DNA of 64,000 bases from Octopus bimaculoides (taxonomy: Eukaryota), in contig NC_068990.1 in the NCBI RefSeq assembly GCF_001194135.2, forward strand, positions 39,542,585-39,606,584, given 5' to 3'. The notes below the pieces were generated by a model. That model saw only the letters and a program-made list of their open reading frames with translations, was not told the DNA's origin and did no database searches. Shown one piece after another: positions 11,534 to 23,900 of the stretch. Position numbers and translations under genes: made by a program. The stretch's first letter is position 1, and each line of letters starts with the position of its first letter.

Positions 11534-11744
11534 TGTATTATACTATTCTTTTATTGATTTCAGTTATTGGGCCATGGCCAATATTTTTAAGTCTGGTAAA
11601 TATATCAATCTTTATTTGTCGACTGTTATTTAAGGAACATAAACAAAGACAAATATGTTGAGAGATATGCACATGCATACACAAACATATATATATAAAT
11701 AAGACAGCCATCCATACAGTATTGGTCACTGAAATTTCCTTCGC

Positions 11745-11872
11745 CAGGCATATGGCAACCAGAGGCTATCATAAAAGATATCTGCCAAGAAACCATGCAC
11801 TGCATAGTATCTTGGGACTGAACCCAAAACCATGTGGCTGCAAAACAAAATTCTTAACCACAGAACCATAAC
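11745..11872 (-). mobile_element. Diverged SINE family A head fragment
   Basis: GGGACTGAACCCAAAACCATGTGG..CTTAACCACAGAACCA is the reverse complement of the family A head. Confidence 0.6.
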
Positions 11873-12519
11873 TGAATGTAACACACACACTCACACACGC
11901 ACACACATGTATGTATATAGGTATACAAAGTTTACACACATTATATATTACCCAACTCAAGCCATCATAGAAATTGATTATGCTGATATTGCTGCTGATG
12001 CTGATAATGATGATGATGGAAGAGGAGGAGGAGGAAGGGGAGGCAGAAGATGAGGAAGAAGGGGAGGAAGAGGAAGGGTGGGTATTGTCATACACATAGA
12101 CTTCTACATACGTATGTATGTATGTATATCTGCATGCAGTTCATTACAGGTATTTATTTGTATGTAAACTCTTTAGCCATGGCAACGATTATACTATATT
12201 TGTGTGTGTGTGTGTGTGTGTGTGTGTGAGTGTGCATGCGCGCGTATGTGTGTGTGTGAGTGTATGTGTATGTGTGCATATCAACATAGATAATTTATTT
12301 CCATCAACTACTGTATATCTTAGGTTTCCATCAGCTCTATAAACTTTTCCCAATAAATATTTGAAACTAATTGTATGATAGTCAAACTGTTGTAAACAAC
12401 ATAATCTTGGGAAAAGATAGTTTTGATTTACCATGGAAAACTGAGGGATTTAGCATGACAGAATAAGGGATTTATGTGTGTTCTGGCTACACCAAATATT
12501 GAATTTTCTTAATAAGACA

Positions 12520-12886
12520 TATTGCTATACATTGATATGTATACGTGCAGTACGTGTGTGTGTGTATATATATATATAAGCAATATATATACATATACAT
12601 GAACAATATATATATGTATATATATATGACATATATATAAACAATATATATATATATATATATACATATATCACATATATATGTGTGTGTGTGAATGTAT
12701 ATATATATACACACACAATTTATATTTATAAACATATGCTTATCTACATATGTTTGTGTATGTGTGTGCGTGCACGTAAATATGGGTGTGTATACATACA
12801 TATTTACATAAATAAATATAAATTTATTCTCATATATTAATGTTTACGTGTTTATATAAATGTACATAGATAAATGTATACATATA

Positions 12887-12948
<62 letters not shown>

Positions 12949-12960
12949 GAGAGAAAGAGA
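12520..12960. repeat. Compound (TA)n/(TG)n microsatellite
   Basis: Visible runs, pure TA at about 12890-12943. Confidence 0.9.
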
Positions 12961-13429
12961 GAATTGAAACATAGACCTGTTCTAATTTTACCGTTTGATT
13001 AAGGTTTATTTTTATATTTATGAGTTCCTACTAGTTTGTCTGGAAGAGCAAACTCCATAAATTCTCATTACGGCTCTTATGGTCAAGACTTAAATTCCAA
13101 CGGCAATGTCTACACCTGTAGTTCTCAGGTCACATTCCTCCCCTTGTGTTCCAGGTTTCCATTTTGATTTGTTATGAAACATTCTTTTATTTTTGGCTGC
13201 CATTATACTGTTATAGTTGTAGTTATTATAACAATGCATGAAGCGAAATTATTTTATGAATTGCAGTCAAGTGGTAAAAAAAAATCCAGTTAATAATGGA
13301 TTATAAAGCTTCTTTCTCATTTAATGCCCATTCTGTTGTTGGTGAAACCAAGAGCACTATATTGAGTGCCATCAAAAGGAAAAAAAATTAGTAATAATGA
13401 AATCTTCACAACACAATGATAGAGATTTT

Positions 13430-13760
13430 AGATACAAATAAGGAAATAATTTTATTCTCTAACGTAGGATAATGCTAATAACCTAGCATGAACAAAACAA
13501 ACTATCCATATTTTGCAGAAAAATCTGTCTGTGGCCAGCCATGAGACTCGAATTCACATCCCTGTGATTACGCGTCAAGTGCTTTACCATTAAGCTAAAC
13601 TGCCCAAGGACTTGACGTGTAATCACAATGATGTATGTTCAAGTCTCATGGCTGGCCACCAACAGATCTTTCTGCAAAATATAGATAGTTAATCCTGTTC
13701 ATGCTATATTATTAGCATTATCCTGCATTTGAGAATAAAATTATTTCTTTATTTGTATCT
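13430..13760. repeat. Long inverted repeat (two arms of about 150 bp, 29-bp spacer) centred on a tRNA-like sequence
   Basis: 13430-13580 is the reverse complement of 13610-13760, with scattered mismatches. Confidence 0.9.
13531..13605 (-). pseudogene. Degenerate tRNA-Thr(CGT)-like sequence or tRNA-derived head
   Basis: Minus strand GGGCAGTTTAGCTTAATGGTAAAGCACTTGACGCGTAATCACAGGGATGTGAATTCGAGTCTCATGGCTGGCCA has a D-arm TAGCT..TGGTA..GC, an anticodon loop with CGT and TTCGA. The anticodon and acceptor stems are imperfect. Confidence 0.6.
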
Positions 13761-14344
13761 TTCGGTACATCTCAACACTTCTAAAGCAAACTTTGTTGAC
13801 TTTCAACATAAGTTGAATTTGATATAAAATAAAGATTTTAATTTAGAGTTGCTGCTAATGCAAAAATTTCAATTTTATTCAACTAAGCAGCATCTCTGCA
13901 AGACCATTGAATTGTTTATTATGGTCTGAATACACCTCAGACTAACTGGAACAATTTCGTGTCAGAAGGGCTACGAGTGCATGGACTGACAAACTGCAAA
14001 ATTGGTAAAATTTGCATCTGTCACTCTTGTAATTGCTCCGGGGTGATTTAGTTTAGACCAGCTCTGAAGTATATTATGACAATACAGCTATGAAGGAACC
14101 TTTCCATGGAGAAACACTGCAGCTATTGGGTTCTCTATGACATACATACATTAGGTATGTCATAAAGATCAAGTTTTTAATTTGGAGCTGCTTCTATTAC
14201 AAAATGTGAACATACATACATACATACATACAAAATGTGAACATACATACATACATACATTGCTTAGGGATAAGACATTCTCCACCATAACCACCACTTG
14301 GCTCCATATTTTTGGGACCAGTATATTTGACTAAAGCAATTCCA

Positions 14345-14475
14345 TCTATATAGAATGATACATTATTTTATCAACCCTAATTGGATGAAATGTGAAATTG
14401 ACCTCAGCAGGATTTGTACATGGGATGTAAAGGGCTGTAAGTAAATAGTGCAAGACATTTTGTCTGTCAATTCAT
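14345..14475 (-). mobile_element. Highly diverged SINE family B fragment
   Basis: TTTTATCAACCC..GGATGAAA..AAATTGACCTCAGCAGGATTTG matches the inverse family B core. Confidence 0.5.
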
Positions 14476-14479
14476 CAGC

Positions 14480-14753
14480 ATCAACACTACCACCACACCA
14501 CCACTGCCACTATCGCCACCACTATCATCAACATTATTAAGATAACCAGCACCACCATGAGCATAATCGTTACTATTACATTAATGTTGGCATTACCACC
14601 ATCAACATTGCCACAACCTCCCCCCTACTGTATTACCATCATCACTACCATCACCACCACCATCATCATCTTCATCATTATCATCAACTGCAGTGTCACC
14701 GTCATCATCATTACTACTTTTACAACCACACCACCACTGTTATCATTATCATT

Positions 14754-14796
<43 letters not shown>

Positions 14797-15003
14797 ATAG
14801 CTATCAGATCAGGTGATTTACAAATTCCCACCCTACCCTCATCATATGTTAATCAATATCAGTAATTTATAATCATTTTAACCTTTACTGGCTGCAAAAT
14901 AAAAAGTGAAAAAATATAAATATATTGCTTTGTTTATTTCAGATTTTTCTTTTTTACTTTCTTTCTTCCTTTTCTTTTTCTTCAGATATCATATGCATCA
15001 GTA

Positions 15004-15047
<44 letters not shown>

Positions 15048-15096
15048 GATGATAATAATAATCGTGGTGGTGGTGGTGGCGATGATGATGATAAGG

Positions 15097-15131
<35 letters not shown>

Positions 15132-15153
15132 TAATAATGATAATAATAGTAAT
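14480..15153. repeat. Trinucleotide tracts (ACC)n, (ATC)n, (AAT)n/(GAT)n
   Basis: Visible runs. Confidence 0.95.
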
Positions 15154-15154
15154 A

Positions 15155-15477
15155 GTTTGCCCGACGGCAAGCACTAAGAGCAAACTACATAAAATACAGA
15201 ATAGGCAACACAGCAGAAAGTGATAAGTGCAGAATCTGTGGACAAAACAGTGAAACCGTATGGCATATTACCAGCCAATGTACGCCACTAGCCCAGAAGG
15301 AATATAAGAGATGCCACGACAATATAGCCAGGCTTATCCATTGGACACTTTGCAACAAGTATGGACTTGACAAAGCAAAAAATTGTTATGACCACAAACC
15401 TGAAGGCATAGTCGAAAATGGAAAGGCAAAGATCCTATGGGATTTTATGATTCAGTGCGACCATGAGATAGAGAATA
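15155..15477 (+). mobile_element. R4/Dong-type non-LTR retrotransposon fragment (CCHC zinc knuckle region)
   Basis: Translation QALRANYIKYRIG..DKCRICGQNSETVWHITSQCTPLAQKEYKRCHDNIARLIHW..KILWDFMIQCDHEIE contains C-x2-C-x8-H-x4-C, as in REL-endonuclease LINEs. It starts directly after (AAT)n. Confidence 0.85.
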
Positions 15478-16624
15478 ACTGCTCTTGGACTATTGACTGT
15501 TACATATTAGCAGTCTTTAGCCTACTTGTTTCTCACAGTCAAATCAGCTCTTCATAAGCCTTGTGAAGGATTGCATTCTGTTGTGTCTTGCTCAACACTG
15601 ATATGTCCTGAATTATAAGGACGTACAGTCAGCATGACTGGCCCACTCATTGTGTCTGACTCCACTCATTGTGTCAGTCCATTATTTATTTGTGGTAGAA
15701 CAGCCCACTTCTCTCACTCGGGGTGCCCTCCACAAAACATTCTTAATACAATTCCAAAGGAAGATCAGCTTTCGACATAGGTTCAAATTATTGTGGAGAG
15801 GCATCTCTTAATTTATTTCGCCACTAACCCCAGCAGTTCTCCAGTCTTGTATTTCCTCTATATCCTCCTCATCAGTACAAGATGATGGAATGGTACTATT
15901 GATTGTTACTGGAGAAGATACCTCAAGGAATCAGCTGCTAGCATTAGGGATGGGACAATTTCATGCTGTAACTCAGCTTTCAACCCTGATGCACCAGAGT
16001 TACTATCTTTTCCTCTCTATCCAAAATAAGATACAGCTGCAGGACAGTTCTAAGGCCTTCATGACTTTTCTGAACCTGCATGTTTATGCAGTCCACACCC
16101 AACAACATGTCATTCTGTTTTATGTTAGTTCTCACCTTCTGCTCACAACATGCCACAAAGGTGTCCACAGTATAATGGTCAACAACACTATCACTATCCC
16201 GAGCAATTATCCTTGTGTTACAGTATCCCATTATTAGTCAATGTTGTGTAGGCTTTACTGGCCACTGCTATTGTGCTGAACACAAGGTCATGTCAGATGC
16301 TGTACTTTGAAGATTTCCACAAAATTATAGAGGTCAAGTACACGACCTGAAATTAAGATCCTTGCTCACTTGATGGGAGGCAGAGATTTTTCTCACTGTG
16401 TAATGAAATGCATCTCATTTGTGGTCTCTTGAAGAAGAAGGATACTCTGGTATATTAGTCATATATGAAGTTAATTATATTGATGATCATCCAAGGAGGG
16501 ATGAAAGAGAAAAGGAATCACAGAAGGCATGTAACTTTGGACATCTAGAGCAAAACTAAATAACACAAGATCTTTAAAATGACCCTCTACCATCTTTATA
16601 ATAACAACAACGACAGCAACTAGG

Positions 16625-16965
16625 ATTATAGAAGATAAAAGAAAGAAACAATGTATGATCATAGACAAACAATGAATAATCATAGACTTTGCAATACCAT
16701 ACAATAATTAAGTGGATACCAAAGAAAGTGAAAAAATTGAGAAATTTCAATACCTAGCCAGAGAGATGAAGAGACTGTAGAAGATTAAGTTGACAGTTAT
16801 TCCTGTGATAATTAGTGCACTTGGAACAACACCCAAACTTCTACCTAAGAGACTGAAATATATTGGAATTAAGACTCACATTGTTGATCTGCAGAAGTGT
16901 GCAATCCTATATTCTGCAAGAATCCTAAGAAAGATTCGAGATTGGAGGAAACTTTTTGCTGCCAA
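16625..16965 (+). mobile_element. R4/Dong-type fragment (REL endonuclease C-terminus)
   Basis: CMIID/IIDFAIPY..KESEKIEKFQYLAREMKRL*..VIPVIISALGT..LQKCAILYSARILRK. Confidence 0.8.
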
Positions 16966-17084
16966 ACTCTAAGACAACATCTCTGTTTGTTCATAAAGCA
17001 TATAATAATTATAATGATAAAAATAACAATAATAACGATGACAACAACAATAATGAAAACAATAATCACAAGACCTGAAATATT

Positions 17085-17264
17085 TGAGTGGGGTGGTGTC
17101 AGTTGATTACATTAACCCCTGTATTCAACTGATACTTATTTTATTGACTCCAAAAGAATGAAAGGCTTCAGTTGACCTCAGCAGCACTTGAATTCAAAAT
17201 ATAAAGACAGACGAAATGCTACTAAGCATTTCAACCAGTATGCTAACGATTCTGCCACCTTGCC
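17085..17264 (-). mobile_element. SINE family B, diverged
   Basis: Inverse core TTATTTTATTGACTCCAAAAGAATGAAAGGC and inverse head GCTAACGATTCTGCCA. Confidence 0.8.
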
Positions 17265-17616
17265 ACCCTAACAACAACAGCAACGATAATAATAATAATC
17301 CTTTATATCTCTGTCTGTACCCAATGCATTCTCAAATGGCACAACCAAATCAAATCAAATTTTACATGGTAATACTATCACACACCATGAGTGTCAACTT
17401 GTGATTTTTATGGATTAAAACAATGCAAACTTGGCTCTGGTTCTGTATTATGTTTCAAAACTCGAACAATAAAAGTGAAAACTTTGATGGAGTAAGTTAT
17501 AAATAGATTCACTTTTATATTGTTTCACTAGGTATATATATATATATTTATGTATGTATGTACATCTTTGTATATATGTATATATACATATATATATATA
17601 CATATATATATATATA

Positions 17617-18050
17617 NNNNNNNNNNNNNNNNNNNNNNNNNNNNNNNNNNNNNNNNNNNNNNNNNNNNNNNNNNNNNNNNNNNNNNNNNNNNNNNNNNNN
17701 NNNNNNNNNNNNNNNNNNNNNNNNNNNNNNNNNNNNNNNNNNNNNNNNNNNNNNNNNNNNNNNNNNNNNNNNNNNNNNNNNNNNNNNNNNNNNNNNNNNN
17801 NNNNNNNNNNNNNNNNNNNNNNNNNNNNNNNNNNNNNNNNNNNNNNNNNNNNNNNNNNNNNNNNNNNNNNNNNNNNNNNNNNNNNNNNNNNNNNNNNNNN
17901 NNNNNNNNNNNNNNNNNNNNNNNNNNNNNNNNNNNNNNNNNNNNNNNNNNNNNNNNNNNNNNNNNNNNNNNNNNNNNNNNNNNNNNNNNNNNNNNNNNNN
18001 NNNNNNNNNNNNNNNNNNNNNNNNNNNNNNNNNNNNNNNNNNNNNNNNNN
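17617..18050. other. Assembly gap
   Basis: N run. Confidence 1.
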
Positions 18051-19097
18051 CTACAAAACCATCAAAAGTTTTTTCTTCTTATGTTTTTTTTTTTGATAAT
18101 TATTATTAATGTTGCTTAATATGCCTTGCTAAAATTGCTGTTTCTTTTCAGATATCATCAGAAAAAGGTAATTGAAATTCTTTGAAATGGTAGATCTATC
18201 AGACTTTCAAAGAGGTCAAATAGTTGGTGCTTGTATTGCAGGTGCTAGCATAACGAAAATAGCCAAAATGTTTGGTGTATCAAGAAGTACTGTCTCGAAA
18301 GTAATGACAGCCCTTGAAAAAGAGGGGAAAAACGTCCTTGTGAAACAAAACTCTGGAAGAAAACCAAAACTTTCAGATAGGGACCGTCGGATTCTTATCT
18401 GAATTGTCAGAAAGTATCACCAAAGTACAGCTCCCAAAATTACAGCAGAGCTTAATGACCACCTCAAGGACCCAGTTTCCACAAAAACTTTTTGCTCGCA
18501 GCTGCACAAAGCCAGATTTCACGGGAGGGCTGCAATCAGAAAACCACTACTTTAAAAAACAAACGTTGCAAAGCATTTTGAGTGGAGTGAAAACCTACAG
18601 AATTGGTCCCTAGAGCAGCGGAAGAATGTTATTTTCTCGGATGAGTCATCCTTTACCTTATTTCCAACCACCAGCCGAGTATAAGTATGGAGACAGCCAA
18701 AAGAAGCATTTGACCCAGACTCCCTTCTTCTAAATGTTAAACATGTAAGGGGATCTGTCATGATCTGGTGGGGAGCTATATCTTGGAAATCTGCCGGCCC
18801 AATAGTTTCCATTCATAGCAGAATTAATAGTCAAGACTATTTAAGCATTTTATCTGATCAAATTCATCCTATGGCTGTGGAACTGTTTCCGGAGGGAAAC
18901 ACAATCTTTCAGGATGATAATGCACCAATTCACACAGTTAAAGTTGTTACTGAATGGCACAAGAAACATTCTAGTGGAGTTGAATATCTTATCTAGCCAT
19001 CACAGTCTCCAGATCTCAATATTAGTGAACATTTATGGTGCATTTTAGAAAAACAAGTAAGGAGTCGATATCCTCCAACGTCATCACTACAAGAAAT
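18051..19097 (+). mobile_element. Tc1-like transposon, DD36E transposase pseudogene (ATG 18187 to about 19097)
   Basis: One frame with four in-frame stops: DLSDFQRGQIVGA..GVSRSTVSKV (HTH), GRKPKL, VIFSDES (D1), FQDDNAPIH (D2, 18916) and SPDLNISEHLW (E, 19027). There are 36 residues between D2 and E. Confidence 0.92.
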
Positions 19098-20148
19098 ACA
19101 AAATTACAGAACAAGGTATACCTGAGGTAAAAGAACAGCTAAAGCAAGATACCCTCGCCAAAACACAAAGAATCTGCCTGTATGAGAAATGCCAACGTTT
19201 CTTCAAACAGAACAAATAGTTCAACTCCAACCCCAAAAGATTCTACCAAGAACTTCGCAAAAATAAATTAGAGATCAATGCAGCACACATAGCAGAAGAA
19301 GTGGAAGAATTTTGGAACGATATGTGGTCAGCAAAGGAACAACCTCAGAAAAGATCTTTCAAAACAACAAACACAGCACCTGATCAATTCTAGACTCCTA
19401 TAACAACTGATGAGGTCACCCAGGCACTGCAAAAACTAAGCAACTGGAAGACACCCGGGCATGACAAGATCCCCAACTTCTGGTTAAAATATCTAACAGG
19501 ACTACATAAAACGCTGGCTGATAAAATTTTATGAAATACTGGTTGAGCCAGAGACAATGCCTGAATGGTTCATGGAAGGGAAAACTATCCCAATTCCCAA
19601 TTCCGCTGCAAACCCACAAAATTCCCAAATCCACTGCAAAATTACAAAATTACAGACCAATAACCTGTCTCCCTATAATTTACAAAGCCTTTACTTCAAT
19701 AATATCACAGAGAATGGGAAAACATCTGGAAGAAAACAACCTGTTTCTAGAAGAGCAGATGGGATGCTGCAAGGGCTCATACAGCTGTAAGGATCAGCTA
19801 CTGATCAATAAAGCCATAACTGAAGACAGCTGCAGAAAGAAGAAGAGTTTAAGTTTGGCTTGGATTGATTTTCAAAAGGCTTTTGATAGTATTCCCCACA
19901 CATGGATCCTAGAAATACTAGCCATGAATAAGGTAGCACCAATAATCAATAAATATATAAAACATTCCATGAATAAAGTATATATAACATACAGAAAATA
20001 GCACTACTAAGCACCACACATATTCTACGTAAAACGCTTTCAATACAGTGAAAATAAGAGCACCACACCAAATTACAACACATACCCAAGGCACACAGAG
20101 CTTCATTTGGTAGTACAGTGAAAGCACATGATAAAAATAAGACTACTG
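19098..20148 (+). mobile_element. R4/Dong-type LINE, RT fragment joined by internal deletion to the 3' terminus
   Basis: NWKTPGHDKIPNFWLK, NYRPITCLPIIYKAFT, EEQMGCCKGSYSCKDQLLINK and AWIDFQKAFDSIPHTWI (RT domains 0-3). Jump at about 19978 to YNIQKIALLSTTHILRKTLSIQ* and the 3' UTR, followed by (AAT)n. Confidence 0.9.
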
Positions 20149-20228
20149 AATAATAATAATAATAAAAATAATAATAATAATGATAATAATAATAATAATA
20201 ATAATAATTACAACAGCAACAATAATAA
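20149..20228. repeat. (AAT)n tract
   Basis: Visible; a second tract lies at 20450-20525. Confidence 0.95.
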
Positions 20229-20444
20229 TTGTTTCCAATTTTGGCCCAAGGCTAGTAATTTAAATGCGAGGGGATATTTGATAATAGTGCCCTCAGTACT
20301 TGACTGGTACTTTATTTTATTGACCTTGAAAGGATGAAAGGCAAAGCTGACCTCAGTGGGATTTGAACTAAGAATATAAAGAGCTTGAAGAAATCCCACA
20401 AAGCATTTTGTCTAATACACTAATGATTCTGCTAGCTCACTGTC
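20229..20444 (-). mobile_element. SINE family B with (ATT)n tail
   Basis: Inverse core GAAAGGATGAAAGGCAAAGCTGACCTC and inverse head ATTCTGCTAGCTCACTG. Confidence 0.82.
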
Positions 20445-20449
20445 ACAAC

Positions 20450-20481
<32 letters not shown>

Positions 20482-20494
20482 TAACAATAACAAC

Positions 20495-20526
<32 letters not shown>

Positions 20527-21979
20527 TTGTGAATAAATAGGCAAGATGACAAAATGCGATGACAGTACTGTGTGGTTTTAAGCATATCCCTTCACCTACT
20601 CAAATCACCCTGGTTGATTTGTTTAAAATAATCCCAGATGGCATATGGTGCAGGAAGTAGATGAAGGTTGGAGGGAAAGGAGGAGTACAGTCAGAAGCAT
20701 TTCACTTCTCTTTCTGCTCTATCTCTTAGACACCACTCATTTCAGCGTATGTGATTATTGCACATGTAAAACATACAAACAATAACATCTAAAAAACATT
20801 ACAATACGCAGACCATATTGATTTTTAAATATTTTTTGTTTTGATCTTTTTTTCATTTGTATTCTTTTAAAATTATATTTTATCTTTTTAAATTTGTTTT
20901 TATTATATTTTAAAAATCTTTTTCTTATTTATATTTATTCCATTTTTCATCTTTATTTGCCATTTTTATTTTTATTCTGTTTTTAGATTTCGTTCTTCTG
21001 TGCTATATTTTTTAAAGAAATAAATATAAAAATAAATATTTACAAAACAAACATAAAAAACATTAAAATATTTCCAAAGCTAAGAAATATTGGTAATGTT
21101 ATATGTGAAAAAGCGGATTTAAAAAATATTTTATATTTTTATAGGCATATATTTTATTGTGAGGATTTATTTTACTTCAATTTTAGCTTGTACGATATTT
21201 TATTTTTTTTTTTAGCTATTATCATTATTTGTATTATTATTTGCTTTGTTTTATTTTCAGCTTTGGGTTTTGTGGTTGTATATTTATTTTGTATTTTCTT
21301 TGTATTCCAGAGTTGCTGAAATATGCAGATCGTTGGTGATAGCATTTAGCATATTTCATTGACAAATTTGATATTCCTTCATGACATGGCAGGAAAAAAA
21401 TCTATATTTATTATTTTTTCTTAAAAAAAACGAAAAATAAAAATAAATATGACAATAAATACTGATTCTATATGTATTTATTTTTAAGTGTCTTATTGTT
21501 ATTATTATTATTATTATTGATGTTTCAAATTTTTTTTAAATTTTATTTTCAATTTTTTTCTTCCCTCCCATGTGTAATTTTCATATCTTTGTATTAATAT
21601 GAATATTTCACTTGCTGCTTTTAGGTTAGCAGGAATCCATAAATTTCATGTAAATGTTTGCTTAAACAATAAATTGAGACAGTTTATCAAGATTAGAGAC
21701 AATGTCTGACTTGTTGACTGGATAAATACTGCCTTCAGATGTAGAATTTATTAGAATATATGTGGCCTCTGGCTGGTAATTGGATAACACAGTATGTAAA
21801 TATTGAATTGACAGTGACAGCCTGTTGGTGTTGACTGGATTTACACCACCTGTAGAAGATGACGGCTGATTATATACTGTCAACAGCGGTAAATAATGTA
21901 GATGCAGTGTAGAACAATGGCAATTTAAGGTAAATTATAGGCGTTTTTGACAATTTACAAAGAAAGGATATTTTGTTAA

Positions 21980-23900
21980 TAGGGACACAGTAGACAGATG
22001 TTGACAATGCATCACAGTTTGGAAACGTTGACAATTTAGATGCAATAAGGTGTTGACAATGTAGACATAGACACAGTACAAAGATAGTGATTATTATAGT
22101 GAGAATGTAGAGTTGTTAGTGGGTTAGATAACAGTGTGGAAATACAGTTTAAACACAGTATGAGGGTGTTGACAGTGCAAATACAGTGTGAAGATAATGA
22201 CAATAAGGACAGTCTGTGAATGTTGATTAGGTAGACACAGTATAGAGATGTTGACAATGTAACCACAGTGTAGAGGTGTTGACAATGTAATGACAATGGA
22301 GATATTGACCATGTAGACAGTGTAGAGATATTGACAATTTAAACACAGCTATAGATGTTGACAATGTAGACACAGTGTAGAGATGCTGACAATTTAGATA
22401 CAATGTGAAGATAGTAAGAATTTTGATACAATATGAAGATATTGACAATTAAGATACATTATGGTGCTGCTGAAAATTTTGATACAGTATGTGAAATGTT
22501 GACGGTTTAGATGCACTGAAAAGATGTCGACAGCTTTAACATACTGTAGAAATGTTGAAAATGTTTGCTATACAATAGCAATTTGTAGATGTTGAAAATG
22601 TAGACAGCATATGCAGTCAATACAGGTTAAGAAAGTAAACAATTTGGTGATTTTGATACAGGTACAATGTGGAGATGTTAACAACATATATACAGTCTGT
22701 AGATGTTGAAAATGTCACAGAATTTGTAGATGTTACCAATGTAGACAGTATAACTGATTACAATGTTGATACTGTACATACAGGGTGCGATGGGTAAATT
22801 GTCACCATTTTATATTTTTAATTTCATGTATTGTTTGTTTTTGATTTTGTTGACTGCACAGTTGGGCACCGTCTGTGAGAAAAACAGCACCATGATGCAA
22901 TTCAGTCTGCCAGAAATTTGGAAACAACATGTTATACTGCTTGGCATTCACACCAGAAGCTCCAATATGAATATTTCAGAGTGTTTAGGTGTCAATCTGA
23001 GGTCAGTGCAATCTGAGGACATGTACCAAGAGTGATAAAATCAAACATCCAGTCAACATCATGGTGTCTGGAGTGATCACTAGTGATGGCGATGTTATGC
23101 CTCCATTCATCTTCCCACATGACCTCAGACTTTACATGGAGGCCTAGATCAAGTGCCTGGAGGAGGTAGTGCTGCCCTGGGACAAGAGGGTGGCTGCTGA
23201 AAGACCCTATATCTGGCAACAGGACTGTACCATGCAACACATAGCAGGAGAACCCAGTCAAGGCTGTGAGACAATTTCTGTGACCACACTACCCCTAACA
23301 TCTGGCCACCTAACTTCTCAGACTGCAACCCACTTGATTATTATGTGTGGGATGCAGTTGAGTGAGAGACCAAAAAAAAAATTCCTTGTAACACCAAAGA
23401 TGAACCGAAGGCAATGATTATGGCAGCATTCACCAACTTAAACAAGGAGATCGTCCTGAAGAGTTGCAGGAGATTCCAAAGTCATCTGGAGGCCATGGTT
23501 GAAGCCAATGGCGATTTTACTGAATAAATTTACTCTTTAGTATTTCAATATATTTTTATGTAATTTTGGTAAATATATCTGTTAAAATGAGATATGAGTG
23601 TTATTTTCATGTTTGCTTAATTTAGATGACAACATATTCACCGCACTCTGTATATGTAGATATTGACCATAAAGATGTGGTACGGAGATGTTGACAATAT
23701 TGATTCAGACTGGAGATGTTGACTGTAAAAACATAATCTGTAGATATTGATTATTTAAATTCCATCTATAGATATTGACAATTTAGACATAATTGCATTT
23801 TGTGGTTGCAAATGCTTACAGTGTACATATAGTTCACAGAGCTCACTGTAAATGTTCACAGGCAGATGCAGTTTAAAGATGTTTACAGAATATAAAGTTT
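21980..23900. repeat. Degenerate minisatellite of about 28 bp (GATGTTGACAATGTAGACACAGTGTAGA), split by a transposon
   Basis: Units recur at 21980-22780 and resume at 23651-23900. Confidence 0.8.
22781..23650 (+). mobile_element. Internally deleted DD37D (maT-type) Tc1/mariner element, 870 bp, TA TSD
   Basis: TA|CAGGGTGCG ... CGCACTCTG|TA. Relic KHPVNIMV..PYIWQQD..IWPPN..DCNPLDYYVW. Homologous to 62418-63051. Confidence 0.88.

Noticed and set aside
15855-15875. Minus-strand CTGATGA...GAAA
   Set aside because: No stem II pairing, so not a hammerhead.
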